IMG/VR virus record: IMGVR_UViG_3300048856_000101
Location: 1 to 45,284 of that record
Direction: 5' to 3' (one strand)
Source: a virus
Lineage: Duplodnaviria; Caudoviricetes
Length of the DNA stretch: 45,284 bases
Shown: in pieces, positions 1 through 9,081 of the stretch
Position numbering within the stretch: the stretch's first letter is position 1
How the letters are laid out: each line of letters opens with the position of its first letter
The notes under the pieces: model-generated
Databases searched by the model: none
What the model was told of the DNA's origin: nothing
What the model saw: only the letters and a program-made list of their open reading frames with translations
Translations under genes and position numbers: made by a program

Positions 1-1521
1 TCAGCCGAGCGGTGCGCCGCGGTCGCGCATGAACGGCACGGGGTCGATCTGAGTACCGGTCCTGGTGCCGTCCTGGTAGACCTCGAAGTGCAGATGGCAG
101 CCGGTGGACGCGCCGGTGGTGCCCGACCAGCCGATCTGCTGCCCGGTCGAGACCGACTGCCCGTTGCCCACGAGGATCTGGTCGAGGTGCGCATACCCGG
201 TCTGATACCGGCCGTCGTGCTTGATCCGCACGAAGTTGCCGAAGGTGCCGTTCACACCCGAGTAGGTGACCTGGCCACTCGACACGGCGTAGACGGGCGC
301 CCGGCAGCCGGTGCCGATGTCGGTGCCGCGGTGGAATGCCGACGTGCAGCCGCCCGGCGTGCAGAACGGGGTGCGCGGGCCGAACACATCGGTGATGCGC
401 CCGGCCGCCGGCTTGACCCACGTGACGCAGAGGTCGCCCCGCGCCGCGACCTCGCTCACCGACGGCTGGCCGCCGAGCACGACCCGCGCGGCGGGCCTGA
501 GCGTGGTCAGCGAATCCGCCGTCGACTTCGGCATGCACTCGTATCGCACGAGGTAGAGCGGCGCGCGGACCTGCCCGGCGAGCGCGGCGCCGGCCAAGGC
601 ATCGGCGAAGTCGAAACCGGTGGCGATGAATGCGGCATCGACCGTACGCCCGCCGTAGACGGCGTCGTTGAGGGCGACCGCCGTTGCGAATCGGTCATCG
701 CCGGCGTCCCGCCGCACGAGGAAGCCCTCGGCGACGAGCTGGCGCTCGATCGCGGCGCTCACGGCGTTCTCGTTGCCCGCGATGCGGACGGTGCGGACCT
801 CGAGCGCCTTGAGGCCGGCCAGTGTCTCCGGTCGGACCGAGTCCTGAATACCGTCGACGAGGTAGACGGGCGCGCCCATCGAGCCGGCGACGGCCGAGGC
901 TGCGAGCGCATCCGGGAACCCGCGCCCGGTGGCGATGAACGCCGTGTCGCTCCATTCGAACGCGTCCTGGTTGAGCTGCTCCGCGGTCGCGAACCGGTCG
1001 GTGCCGCCCAGACGGTCGACCCAGGGTGCGACGCCCGCCTGGCGCTGGAGTTCGGCCAGCTGACCGAGCACCGCCTCAGACACGCTCGGCGTGTCGCCGG
1101 CCACGACGATCCGTTCGGGCGCGAGCCGCTTGATCTCGTCGGCCACCACCTGGGGCAGCGCATCCGTGTTCGTCAGCAGCAGCGGACCGCCCGACCAGGC
1201 CGCGGCCGCCGCGGCGGAGAGCGCGTCGGGGAAGTTCCACGCTGTGGCGACATAGACCACCGGGACTCCCGGCGAGAACGTCTTCGAGACCGCCACCGCG
1301 GTCTCGAAGCGGTTCGCTCCGGCGAGCCGGGAGCTCCCGGGTTGGATGGGAGCGATCGCCGTACGGGCCTCGGTCGCCAGCTGAACTGCCGTGGCCGCGG
1401 CCTCGGCGACGTCGGCGCGAGCCCCGGCATCGACCTCGATCGCGGACGCGGCCGTGCCGCCTCCGGCGACGAGCGCCATCGCGAGCGCCGCCACCGTGCC
1501 GAACCGCGTCATCCGACGCAT
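1..1521 (-). CDS. Host secreted protein: cell wall-binding repeat 2 domains plus C-terminal M23 peptidase
   Basis: Signal peptide; three RLAG/RLGG/RDAG..DRF.TA repeats with FPDAL/FADAL motifs; M23 motifs HRGTD and HLH. Start placed at ATG 1521 behind GAGGTGG (ORF track extends to 1554). Confidence 0.9.
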   Translation of the reverse strand: MRRMTRFGTVAALAMALVAGGGTAASAIEVDAGARADVAEAAATAVQLATEARTAIAPIQPGSSRLAGANRFETAVAVSKTFSPGVPVVYVATAWNFPDALSAAAAAAWSGGPLLLTNTDALPQVVADEIKRLAPERIVVAGDTPSVSEAVLGQLAELQRQAGVAPWVDRLGGTDRFATAEQLNQDAFEWSDTAFIATGRGFPDALAASAVAGSMGAPVYLVDGIQDSVRPETLAGLKALEVRTVRIAGNENAVSAAIERQLVAEGFLVRRDAGDDRFATAVALNDAVYGGRTVDAAFIATGFDFADALAGAALAGQVRAPLYLVRYECMPKSTADSLTTLRPAARVVLGGQPSVSEVAARGDLCVTWVKPAAGRITDVFGPRTPFCTPGGCTSAFHRGTDIGTGCRAPVYAVSSGQVTYSGVNGTFGNFVRIKHDGRYQTGYAHLDQILVGNGQSVSTGQQIGWSGTTGASTGCHLHFEVYQDGTRTGTQIDPVPFMRDRGAPLG

Positions 1522-2125
1522 GCGATGCCACCTCTCGCCCCCGAACGGCCGCAATTCGACCGCGGCCCACCGTGCTTTCGCACCATGAAGTGTAGGGCCG
1601 TCTCCGATGCTCGCACGAACTCCCCCACGCGGCCGCCGCCGCGCCGCATCCGAACGCGCGAAACGCCGCGGCGATGACGTAACTGCCGATATATCGATCG
1701 ACTTCCGCGGGTCCGATCGACGGCCCTATGGTTCATATCGGCGGCCTCGCTCGAACCTCCGGTCAATGACCAGACATCAGCGACCAACTCGGGCGAGGTC
1801 GTCTCCCACGTCTCAACGAGCGACCGTTCCGACCGGCTGTCGAATGGCCGTTCACGTGCGCGGCGTCGTCTTTCGAGTGATATATCGATTGGCCTTCCGC
1901 GGCGCCGAGGCGCAAGCCTCTGGCCCATGCAGACGGCCTCGCCCGGCCGCCAGCGAAGGCCCAGACCTCCTGCGACCAAGCGGGGCGAGGTCGCCCATGC
2001 GTCCCTACGTGGCTCACGCACCCACCACGTCGCGGTACCGCGACGGCCGGGGCGGGCTCCGTCAAGCGCCGACTCACGTACCCTGAAACCGGCCGCGATC
2101 CACGCGAACCGACGAAAGGCTCCCC

Positions 2126-2470
2126 GTGAACATCACCCTGCTTCGGCGGTTCGTCGCAGTCGCCGAGGAGTTGCATTTCCCGCGTGCCGCGGACGCCCTC
2201 GGCATCCCGCTCGCCTCGCTGTACTCGTCGATCGAGAAACTCGAGGCCGAGATCGGGCAGCCGCTCTTCACCCGGCACGGCGAGACTCAGCTCACCAGAG
2301 TCGGCGAACTCTTCCTCGACGAGGCCAGAGCCGAGATCGCCGCGGCACCCGCTCCCGCCGAAAAACCCGTGGCGAAGGCCGGCGGCAAGGCGAAAGCCTC
2401 CAAGGGCAAGGGCCGTGCCCCCATCGTCAAAGGGCAGCCGAAGCCGTACAAGAAGCGCCAGGGCCGCTGA
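2126..2470 (+). CDS. Host short LysR-family HTH protein with Lys-rich tail, no substrate-binding domain
   Basis: LRRFVAVAEELHFPRAADALGI...IEKLEAEIGQPLFTR...LTRVGE is a LysR HTH_1 signature. Confidence 0.88.
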   Translation: MNITLLRRFVAVAEELHFPRAADALGIPLASLYSSIEKLEAEIGQPLFTRHGETQLTRVGELFLDEARAEIAAAPAPAEKPVAKAGGKAKASKGKGRAPIVKGQPKPYKKRQGR

Positions 2471-2479
2471 CCCGGTCAG

Positions 2480-2495
2480 ACGTTGAAGCGGAACT
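2480..2495. repeat. Left att core ACGTTGAAGCGGAACT
   Basis: Identical to 44107-44122; minus strand reads TTC CGC TTC AAC GTC TGA (FRFNV*, stop at 2476-2478), the displaced original ychF end. Confidence 0.95.
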
Positions 2496-2599
2496 ATTTC
2501 GGGAAGATTGCCCAAGAAAGTCAGGTCAAGAAATACCAGGTCAGCGAGTGATTCACCTGTCGGCTGAAGTTGGCTGGGATAGCCGCGCACTGTTGATCT

Positions 2600-2620
2600 T
2601 GCGGACTAAGTGCGGACTAG
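2600..2620. promoter_or_regulatory. Integrase arm-type sites, TGCGGACTAAG-TGCGGACTAG
   Basis: Tandem 11-bp-period repeat about 105 bp inside the left core; same pair at 44030-44050. Confidence 0.8.
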
Positions 2621-2844
2621 CGACGCTTCCGCCAGGCACGATCGACGCGACTGGGAAGAGCCCACGGGTCGGGCGTCCTCGTTACGTGTTCGCGCACGTC
2701 GGATAAGAAGAACCGCCAGCGGCGACCGATTTTGAAGCCCGGGATATCTCCGGAGGCTGCGTATGAGTAGACCGTCGTCAAGTGAACACCGAGAAAGTCC
2801 GCGACCGTCTTTGCGTCGACGGCCGTCTCATCGGGTCTGCTCAC
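2617..2844 (-). CDS. Excisionase-like HTH_17 DNA-binding protein
   Basis: VADFLGVHLTTVYSYAASGDIPGFKIGRRWRF is a typical Xis/MerR-like winged HTH. Confidence 0.85.
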   Translation of the reverse strand: MSRPDETAVDAKTVADFLGVHLTTVYSYAASGDIPGFKIGRRWRFFLSDVREHVTRTPDPWALPSRVDRAWRKRR

Positions 2845-3118
2845 GGCGTCCGCCTTCTGCGAGGGACGGAGGTGACTGGTCTGGTTTGGGTTGGGTGAGG
2901 TGCGCGCGGACGTCGGATAGGTAGAAGCGCCACTTGTTGCCTAGCTTGAAAGCTGGAACTTGTCTTGTCTTCGCATAGACGCGCACCGTCTGCTCTGTGA
3001 TGCCGAGGTATGCGGCGAGCTCCGTCACCCCGACCGGCTCTTCGCCGATACGAGCGGGACCGACCGGTGGGTAGCTGTCCCGGTGATACAAGCCGGCGGA
3101 CGTGATCCTGTCACCCAT
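2828..3118 (-). CDS. Excisionase-like HTH_17 protein, paralog of the adjacent gene
   Basis: LAAYLGITEQTVRVYAKTRQVPAFKLGNKWRF; overlaps next gene; possible -10 TAACCT at 3127-3132. Confidence 0.85.
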   Translation of the reverse strand: MGDRITSAGLYHRDSYPPVGPARIGEEPVGVTELAAYLGITEQTVRVYAKTRQVPAFKLGNKWRFYLSDVRAHLTQPKPDQSPPSLAEGGRREQTR

Positions 3119-3206
3119 GGACGCTCAGGTTACGCGCACTGGTCAAAGCCCGCGTCCGTGAGATCGCCTTGCGCTGGCAAGCATCGGTGCTCAGCATGAA
3201 TGACAG

Positions 3207-5140
3207 AAAGACGCCCCCTCCGTCGTTGGAGGGGGCGTCTTTTCGGGGGGCTGGGGTCTTCCTTGCCCCATTAGACCGATTCGTGTCTCCTTGGGCAGGA
3301 TGGTACGCGCGTGCTGACTGGGCAAGCAATGATTGTTCCCCAGTTCGTGACGAATGGCTCACCTCGTGCGTGTACTGCGGTGGCGGGTATCCCGCAGAAG
3401 TGGCCCCCTCCCTGGTGAGGGAGGGGGCCAGCCCCATATGGATACCTATTCAATTGTCAGAGTTCGGCGAGGGGTTTGTCTGCCGGTCTCGCCGAGCTCT
3501 CACGAATAACGGCCCTCCGGAGCCCTACTTCCGGTGAGATCATTCGCGGTCAAAACGTATCAGAATGGTTGTCGGTTCGACAATCCAATTCCACATTTGC
3601 ACTACCTGTGGAAACGTTCCCCGCGTGGCACGCTGCTGGTCGCGCCCACGGACGCGTTCAGGGATGCCCCCTGGGTTGCGGCGACTGCAGGATCGATACG
3701 CTCCGCCCATGAGGCGCATCTACACCAGTTTGAGCATCGTCGCGGCAACCCTCGCTCTCGCGGGATGCGCCACCCCCTCGCCCTCATTGACGCCCAGCAA
3801 CCCAAAGCGTCGCAGCCCAAGGGAGACCTGAACACCCACGCGTGCCGCGACTTCGAAGAGGAAGCCGGGAGGATAGCGCGGGACGTCTTGGAGTTCTGGG
3901 CAGGTGACGAGGAGGAGTCGAGCGGCGAGATCCTGGATGACGCTGGTCGCGAGTTCCAAGAGCTGGCCGCGGAATCGTCGGGGCCGGTATCAAAACCTGA
4001 ACAAGCTCGCGACATACGTGAGTGCGAACCCACTAGTCATGGAAAGCACGCTACCTGAGGAGTACTTCGAACATCTCGATGCGGTTCGTGCCGCGTGCGC
4101 CGAAGAAGGCGTCGAGATTCAATTGGAGAGGTGGCACTGAGCCGGCCACGAACGATTAGCACCCGGCGGCGTCAGAGCTCAGATGACCCGCCGGGCGGCA
4201 GCCGGTGCCCGGCTGCGACTGGCAATTCTAGAGGCGTAGCCGTGGGGGCACGCTGGGTCATCGCCCTAGCCCTGGTGATAGCGAGACGCCCTCGTTGCAT
4301 GGGTAGGGGGCTCACTCGCTGAAGGATCGAAAGTATTGGGGAGCCCGACAAGACGAGGGGTTGATGGGTGCCCATCCTGTCGGGCTCTCACGGACGTGCG
4401 CTCTAGAGTCCACGCATGAGACCCGTCCGCGGTCAATAAGGTAGCACATTGTCGGTCCAGCGCTCTAGTGCCAACATGCCGGGAGGGCGCGATGACACCA
4501 GTGGTGCTGGCCCCGGCCGAAGGCTCAAGGGTTTGGGGCGGCACAGAAGAGGCCCCCTCCGCATGTCCTTGGAGGGGGCCTGGCCCTGCAAAAGGCCGAC
4601 GTCCGGTGTGATGAAGTACCGGACGTGAACGAAGGCCCCCCGACTCTCCCCGACGAGGACCCTTCGCAGGTCATGGTATTGATTTGTCGAGACGACAACA
4701 ATATGTGGCGTTCATGGGGCGTCATATTGTCTCGCCCTCGCAGCACGTGGCTGTGTGGGCAAAAGAAGCGAAGGACCCCCTCGGAAACTCTGCCTGCCCT
4801 GAGGGGGTCCTCCACTGGATGACTGGGAGCATCCAACTGACACCGTAGAGACAAGCCCTCAGCGCGCCACCAGGTCATTTACCTAGCCGACGGTAAACAG
4901 CGAAGGCCCCCTCCCTTGTAAGGGAGGGGGCCGTTTCACCTGAAGGAACGCAACACTCAGGGCGAAGCACCGGATCCTGAGCATCTACGGGGTTGTCCTG
5001 AATCCCCATTCTCAACAACCTCGCACCGTCATGGTACCCGATTGTCAAATTAACATCAACGCCGGAATGCACTTAGGGACAGATGGTCATACTGGACCAA
5101 TGAACACGAAAGACCCCTCCTGGCAAGGAGGGGTCTTTCG
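3207..5140. repeat. Dispersed family of CCCCCTC(C)...(G)GAGGGGG stem-loops, terminator-like
   Basis: Hairpins at 3207-3242, 3401-3430, 4550-4581, 4631-4665 (imperfect), 4772-4811, 4905-4932, 5107-5140. Confidence 0.85.
3709..4140 (+). pseudogene. Lipoprotein moron split by two frameshifts
   Basis: MRRIYTSLSIVAATLALAG-C lipobox (frame 1), acidic helical segment GDLNTHACRDFEEE... (frame 3), then LNKLATYV...DAVRAACAEEGVEI (frame 1). Leaderless -10 TACGCT 6 nt upstream. Confidence 0.7.
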
Positions 5141-5156
5141 TCGCAGTTCCCCGCTA

Positions 5157-5597
5157 CTAGGCGAAGTTCACGAGTTCGGGTTGATTGATGACGGGCGCAC
5201 CCTCATCACGAAGATGCATTGGCACTCGCACTGGACGGTTCATTACGGCAAGGAAATCCAAGAACATGCCCACGGTGGCCATCGCCCCTGGCTGTCGGTC
5301 ATCCGAGGCCATATCCTCGGCCGACGCGGGATCAATTGCGCCCGCCTCGTTGATGAACGTCACTCGCCGGACACGGCCGTCGGTGTCCTTCACGAATGCT
5401 GTGGCGTATCCACCAACTGCCTCGATCCGTCGGAAGAGAACGGGCAGCCGCTCCTCGCCTAGAGCCACTACGACTGGTAGTTCGCCGTCATCGTTCACGG
5501 CGTCGAGGTCACGGTCCGCGAAAGCCCCAACCGTGAGGTGGTACTGAATTTCGAGTCGAAACTCATCCAGTCGTGCGGTGATCTCAGTCATCGCCAT
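5157..5597 (-). CDS. Hypothetical acidic protein, second gene of a two-gene moron
   Basis: 146-aa ORF with RBS GAGGGG, overlaps the upstream stop, followed by hairpin 5107-5140. Confidence 0.75.
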   Translation of the reverse strand: MAMTEITARLDEFRLEIQYHLTVGAFADRDLDAVNDDGELPVVVALGEERLPVLFRRIEAVGGYATAFVKDTDGRVRRVTFINEAGAIDPASAEDMASDDRQPGAMATVGMFLDFLAVMNRPVRVPMHLRDEGAPVINQPELVNFA

Positions 5598-6033
5598 TCC
5601 CCCTCATGTCTCGAATTCTACGACCATACTCTTCGAATTGAGCGGTAGCCACTGGGTATGCCGCCTCAACATCGGCGACGCTCTCAAGACGATGAATGCT
5701 ACGTGCGGCGGCGTCCGAGTCCGGCGGATGCATGTGGCAGTGACCGTGGCAGCAATCAATCCGTGCGATGGTCTGCCACTGATCCGCCCAGTCAGGCACT
5801 TGCAGGAGCAAAACGAAGTCGACTGTCCTGCCATGATGCCGCCAAAGTCGATGGTCAATCCGCACCGTGTACTGATCATCTAACGAAACGAAGAACGTCT
5901 TCTCGTGGCACTCTGCTCGTGGCGGCGGAACGTATTGGCCTCGTTCGATGTTCTGCTGCGTCTGCTGCTCGAACTGCTTCCGCGCGCGCCGCTCCGCCGA
6001 ACGTTGCTGTTGTTCGCGACGCGGTGGTGGCAT
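5584..6033 (-). CDS. Putative toxin/nuclease with RxDxxHGxxH motif
   Basis: VDFVLLLQ...WQTIARIDCCHGHCHMH resembles TumE/DUF6516-type toxins (recognition only); leaderless -10 TATCAT 6 nt before ATG 6033. Confidence 0.65.
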   Translation of the reverse strand: MPPPRREQQQRSAERRARKQFEQQTQQNIERGQYVPPPRAECHEKTFFVSLDDQYTVRIDHRLWRHHGRTVDFVLLLQVPDWADQWQTIARIDCCHGHCHMHPPDSDAAARSIHRLESVADVEAAYPVATAQFEEYGRRIRDMRGNGDD

Positions 6034-6103
6034 GCCCAAATGATAGAACCCACGTGCCAGCAATTTGCTGTCACTTGTGGCCCGCGTGTCGCAGGCTAAG
6101 CGT

Positions 6104-6130
6104 CCTCCCTTCCCCGTCACGGAAGGGAAG
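6104..6130 (-). terminator. Hairpin after the lysis cassette
   Basis: CTTCCCTTCCG-TGA-CGGGGAAGGGAGG on the minus strand just after the holin stop. Confidence 0.6.
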
Positions 6131-6139
6131 CACGCAGAT

Positions 6140-6373
6140 CTAGCTTCGCCGCGTGTTCGCGGCGGCGAGCGTGCCGACCGGGATGCCCAGGTAGGCGAGC
6201 ACCGCGAGGCCCGCGATGAGCCAGCTGGGTTGGCCGAGTTGGAGGGCGGAGTAGCCGACTTGGATGGCTCCGGCGGTGATGAGCAGGATCACGTAGGTGC
6301 CGTAGATGAGTTTGCGGGCGAGGGCGTTGGTGATGATCACGCCGATGTCGGTGGGGGTGGGTGTGTTGGTCAT
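6140..6373 (-). CDS. Holin-like membrane protein
   Basis: 77 aa, two hydrophobic helices, ends LAAANTRRS; RBS AGGAG; lysis cassette position. Confidence 0.78.
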   Translation of the reverse strand: MTNTPTPTDIGVIITNALARKLIYGTYVILLITAGAIQVGYSALQLGQPSWLIAGLAVLAYLGIPVGTLAAANTRRS

Positions 6374-6771
6374 GGTGTGTTCTCCTGTCGTGGTTTGAGT
6401 GCCGCGGGCCATTCCGGTGGCGGTGGGGGTTTCCCGGCGTAGATGTGTTCGCGGAGTTCGATGGCGTGGTCTTTGAGGAGGTCGCGTTCGCCGCGGATGA
6501 TGCCGCATTCCTTCTCGATGCGTTCGAGGCGTTCGTCCTGTTCGGCGGCGCGGGTTTCGGCGGCTTGGATGTAGAACTGGCGTTCCTCTTGGAGCTGGTC
6601 GATGAGGGCTTGCGCGTCGGTCTTCTCGGCGATGACCATCGTTGCTGCGGCCTGGGTGGCTGCGGTGGTGCGTTGGGTTCTCGCCGCGAGGAGATGGCCC
6701 AGCACACCGCCCGCGGCCATCAATGCGGACGCGACCAGGCCGACGATGCCGGCGAACATCCATTCAGGCAT
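6370..6771 (-). CDS. Lysis-cassette membrane protein (N-terminal TM plus coiled coil)
   Basis: Hydrophobic N-terminus, coiled coil, GKPPPPPEWP tail; ATGA overlap with the holin. Confidence 0.8.
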   Translation of the reverse strand: MPEWMFAGIVGLVASALMAAGGVLGHLLAARTQRTTAATQAAATMVIAEKTDAQALIDQLQEERQFYIQAAETRAAEQDERLERIEKECGIIRGERDLLKDHAIELREHIYAGKPPPPPEWPAALKPRQENTP

Positions 6772-6786
6772 CCGGCTTCCCCTGCT

Positions 6787-7902
6787 CTAACTTGCCTGGG
6801 TTCGGACGGGCTCCCAGTTCTGCCCGGCCACCCGCTGCGCGTCCGCGCGGGTGATCTCGGTCGGTGTGAGGGCCACGAGCTGGCCGTCGACTTGGGCGTA
6901 GCCGCCGTGGTCGTCCCGGAGGAATCGTTCAACGGTCTTGCCGCCCTTCGTTACCCGCACCGGGCGCCCATCGGCCCACACCTTGACCCGGTCCGGGTAG
7001 TCGATGACGGTGCCGTTGGATCGCACCTGCTGGGTGCTGCCGGCTTCGAGTTCGAACACGTTCTCAACGAACGCGCCGTACGCGGGGTGCCCGCCGGCCG
7101 CGTCAATGGTTCGGAAGAACTCCAGGGTGGTTTGCGGCTGCCAATGCTCAGCAGATGCGATGAGGATGTCACCGCCCTCTTTGAGGTCAGCCCAGACCAC
7201 TGCCCGTTCTTTCGGGTCGGCGGGCAGCGGGTACACCGTCTCCGCGTCCACCAGCGCCGCTCGCTGCGCGGCCGACTCCGGGATCGTTCGGGATACGCCG
7301 GCGTCGAAGATGGCGCGGCGGCGATTCTCGCGCCGGTCCACGTCGATGGAGTACTCCAGCCGGGCCGCGAGGGCGGCGTTCTGGTTGATGATGGTTTGCA
7401 GCTTCGGGAGGATGTTCTGATCGATGCGTTCACCGATGAGCTCGTTCCTCGCGGCTTCGTCGTACATGTCGTCCTCCGGTATCGGGTCGTAGTCGTCGCC
7501 AGCCGTGGAGCTGGACATGTAGTCGAGCGGGTCCACGGCGGTCCCGTTCGCGAGGTGGTATTCCTGGTGGCAGTGCACGAACCATCCGGCGATGGATCCC
7601 CAGGGGCCGCCGGTGCGTCCCATGGTGCCGATGTGCTCGCCCTGTTCCACGCGCCGCCCGTTGTTGCCGAAGAACGTCTCGGCGTGGGCGATCAGCGACC
7701 AGGTGTCGTCGTCGTGGCGGATGATGCAACGGTTGCCGTAGGTGCCCACCCACGCCCAACTGATCCACCCAGCCGCCGGGGCGTACAGCTCCTTCCCGCC
7801 ACCCCAACCGATGTCGATACCGACGTGCGGGAAGCTGCGGCCCGCGTCCTCACCGTGCCGGGTGTTGATGTTGCCTCGCGCCGCTTTGATCAGCCGAACC
7901 AT
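6787..7902 (-). CDS. Endolysin with N-terminal M23 peptidase
   Basis: HVGID (HxxxD), GTYGNRCIIRH, IAHA, HCH, VDPLDYM; between tail genes and holin; RBS AAGGAG. Confidence 0.9.
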   Translation of the reverse strand: MVRLIKAARGNINTRHGEDAGRSFPHVGIDIGWGGGKELYAPAAGWISWAWVGTYGNRCIIRHDDDTWSLIAHAETFFGNNGRRVEQGEHIGTMGRTGGPWGSIAGWFVHCHQEYHLANGTAVDPLDYMSSSTAGDDYDPIPEDDMYDEAARNELIGERIDQNILPKLQTIINQNAALAARLEYSIDVDRRENRRRAIFDAGVSRTIPESAAQRAALVDAETVYPLPADPKERAVVWADLKEGGDILIASAEHWQPQTTLEFFRTIDAAGGHPAYGAFVENVFELEAGSTQQVRSNGTVIDYPDRVKVWADGRPVRVTKGGKTVERFLRDDHGGYAQVDGQLVALTPTEITRADAQRVAGQNWEPVRTQAS

Positions 7903-7917
7903 GACATCTCCTTGCTC

Positions 7918-9081
7918 TCACCGGCGGGGCTTCGCGCCGATCTCGACAGTCGTCTCCCGGTTCTCCCACTCCACGTACGGGGTGAGGTCAACGTAGGTAA
8001 CGGGCCAGGTTTCGGTGTTGTTGTCGACGTAGCGGCGTAGGTACACGCCCATGCCTTCACGGATGGGGTAGGTCATGCCGACGCAGCGGATCACTTCGGG
8101 GTAGATCGTGGTGCCGCGGTACGGGACTGGGTTGTTCATGTCGGTGATTCCGCGGAGCGGGTCGTACACGTACACGTTGTCGCCGACGTTCACGTCCCGG
8201 CCGATGTCGTATTCCAGGCTGCCGAGCGTGATCTGGCGTCGAGCGGTGTTGAACCGGCCGTACTGTGCCGCGGCGAACGCCGGGCCGGAGCTGGTCGGGG
8301 TGTCACCGAAGTCCTCGATCACCCGGTCGATGAACGCATACTGTCCGTCAGGCGCACGGTACGGGGTGTCCGCCGTTGCGATACTGCCGTCCGCGATGGA
8401 CGCTGTGGGTGATCCTTCGGTGCCGGTGAAGTACACCACCCGCCGGCTCCAGTCCTCCAGATCGCGAGACTCGTCCAAGTCACCGACCACACCGATCGTG
8501 GCCGGGTCACGGCCCGCGAGGCCCCGGTCACGGACAATCGTCGCGACCGGGACTGCACGGAACAGGTCGGCAGGTAGCCCGAAGTCGAGTGTGAACTGGT
8601 TCGTGACCCGCCACTCCGCACCGAACCGTTCCGCGAGGTCGTCGATCACTTCCCGTGGAACAGTCCGGAAGAAGTTCTTCGGATAGGTGCCCGGGATTGT
8701 TGAGGTAACTCCCGCCGTCAGGCCATGGGTGAGACTGACGAGCTGATTGCGCCAGTCCGCGAACGAGCCGGTCCCTGGGGTGCCCAGGACTCCAAGTGAG
8801 CGTCCCTTTCCCTCGTGGTCGCCAAGCCAAGAGTTGACACCAACCCCGGCCAGTGCGAACTCCGAAGGCTGGGACCGGTACACGCCCACGAATCGAGCGT
8901 TGGCGAGCATCTCATCGTCGGTCACAGCCAGCGGGTCCATCGGGGTCGGGGTGACCACCACATGCCCGAGCCCGACCCCGCGGCGTCGAACGTCGACCTG
9001 GGACAGGACACCGGAGCGACGCACGCCGGACACGAGGTGGAGCTCGAACCCGCCGGTGCCCATGAGCTTCTCGGTGATCAT
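7918..9081 (-). CDS. Minor tail protein (Tal/baseplate-hub position)
   Basis: Second gene after tape measure; ATGA overlap at 9078-9081. Confidence 0.8.
   Translation of the reverse strand: MITEKLMGTGGFELHLVSGVRRSGVLSQVDVRRRGVGLGHVVVTPTPMDPLAVTDDEMLANARFVGVYRSQPSEFALAGVGVNSWLGDHEGKGRSLGVLGTPGTGSFADWRNQLVSLTHGLTAGVTSTIPGTYPKNFFRTVPREVIDDLAERFGAEWRVTNQFTLDFGLPADLFRAVPVATIVRDRGLAGRDPATIGVVGDLDESRDLEDWSRRVVYFTGTEGSPTASIADGSIATADTPYRAPDGQYAFIDRVIEDFGDTPTSSGPAFAAAQYGRFNTARRQITLGSLEYDIGRDVNVGDNVYVYDPLRGITDMNNPVPYRGTTIYPEVIRCVGMTYPIREGMGVYLRRYVDNNTETWPVTYVDLTPYVEWENRETTVEIGAKPRR

Noticed and set aside
88-1677. Long + strand ORF; likewise 6361-8040, 16017-17540 and 30071-31798
   Set aside because: Antisense shadow frames of well-supported minus-strand genes in high-GC DNA, with no recognisable motifs.
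1688-1902. Two copies of GATATATCGAT...CTTCCGCGG in the host intergenic region
   Set aside because: Only two imperfect copies 190 bp apart; could be operators or a host repeat, but no function can be supported.
3111-3712. Short ORFs 3111-3437, 3169-3537, 3271-3453 and 3476-3712
   Set aside because: They run through terminator-like hairpins or lack an RBS and recognisable motifs.
4172-5072. Short ORFs within the hairpin cluster
   Set aside because: No RBS, mutually conflicting frames, and sequence dominated by inverted repeats.
3207-5140. CRISPR array interpretation of the hairpin cluster
   Set aside because: Repeats differ in loop and length, spacers are irregular, and there are no cas genes.
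1-7902. Link between the host M23 peptidase and the phage M23 endolysin
   Set aside because: The host gene is outside the att core and shares only generic M23 motifs.
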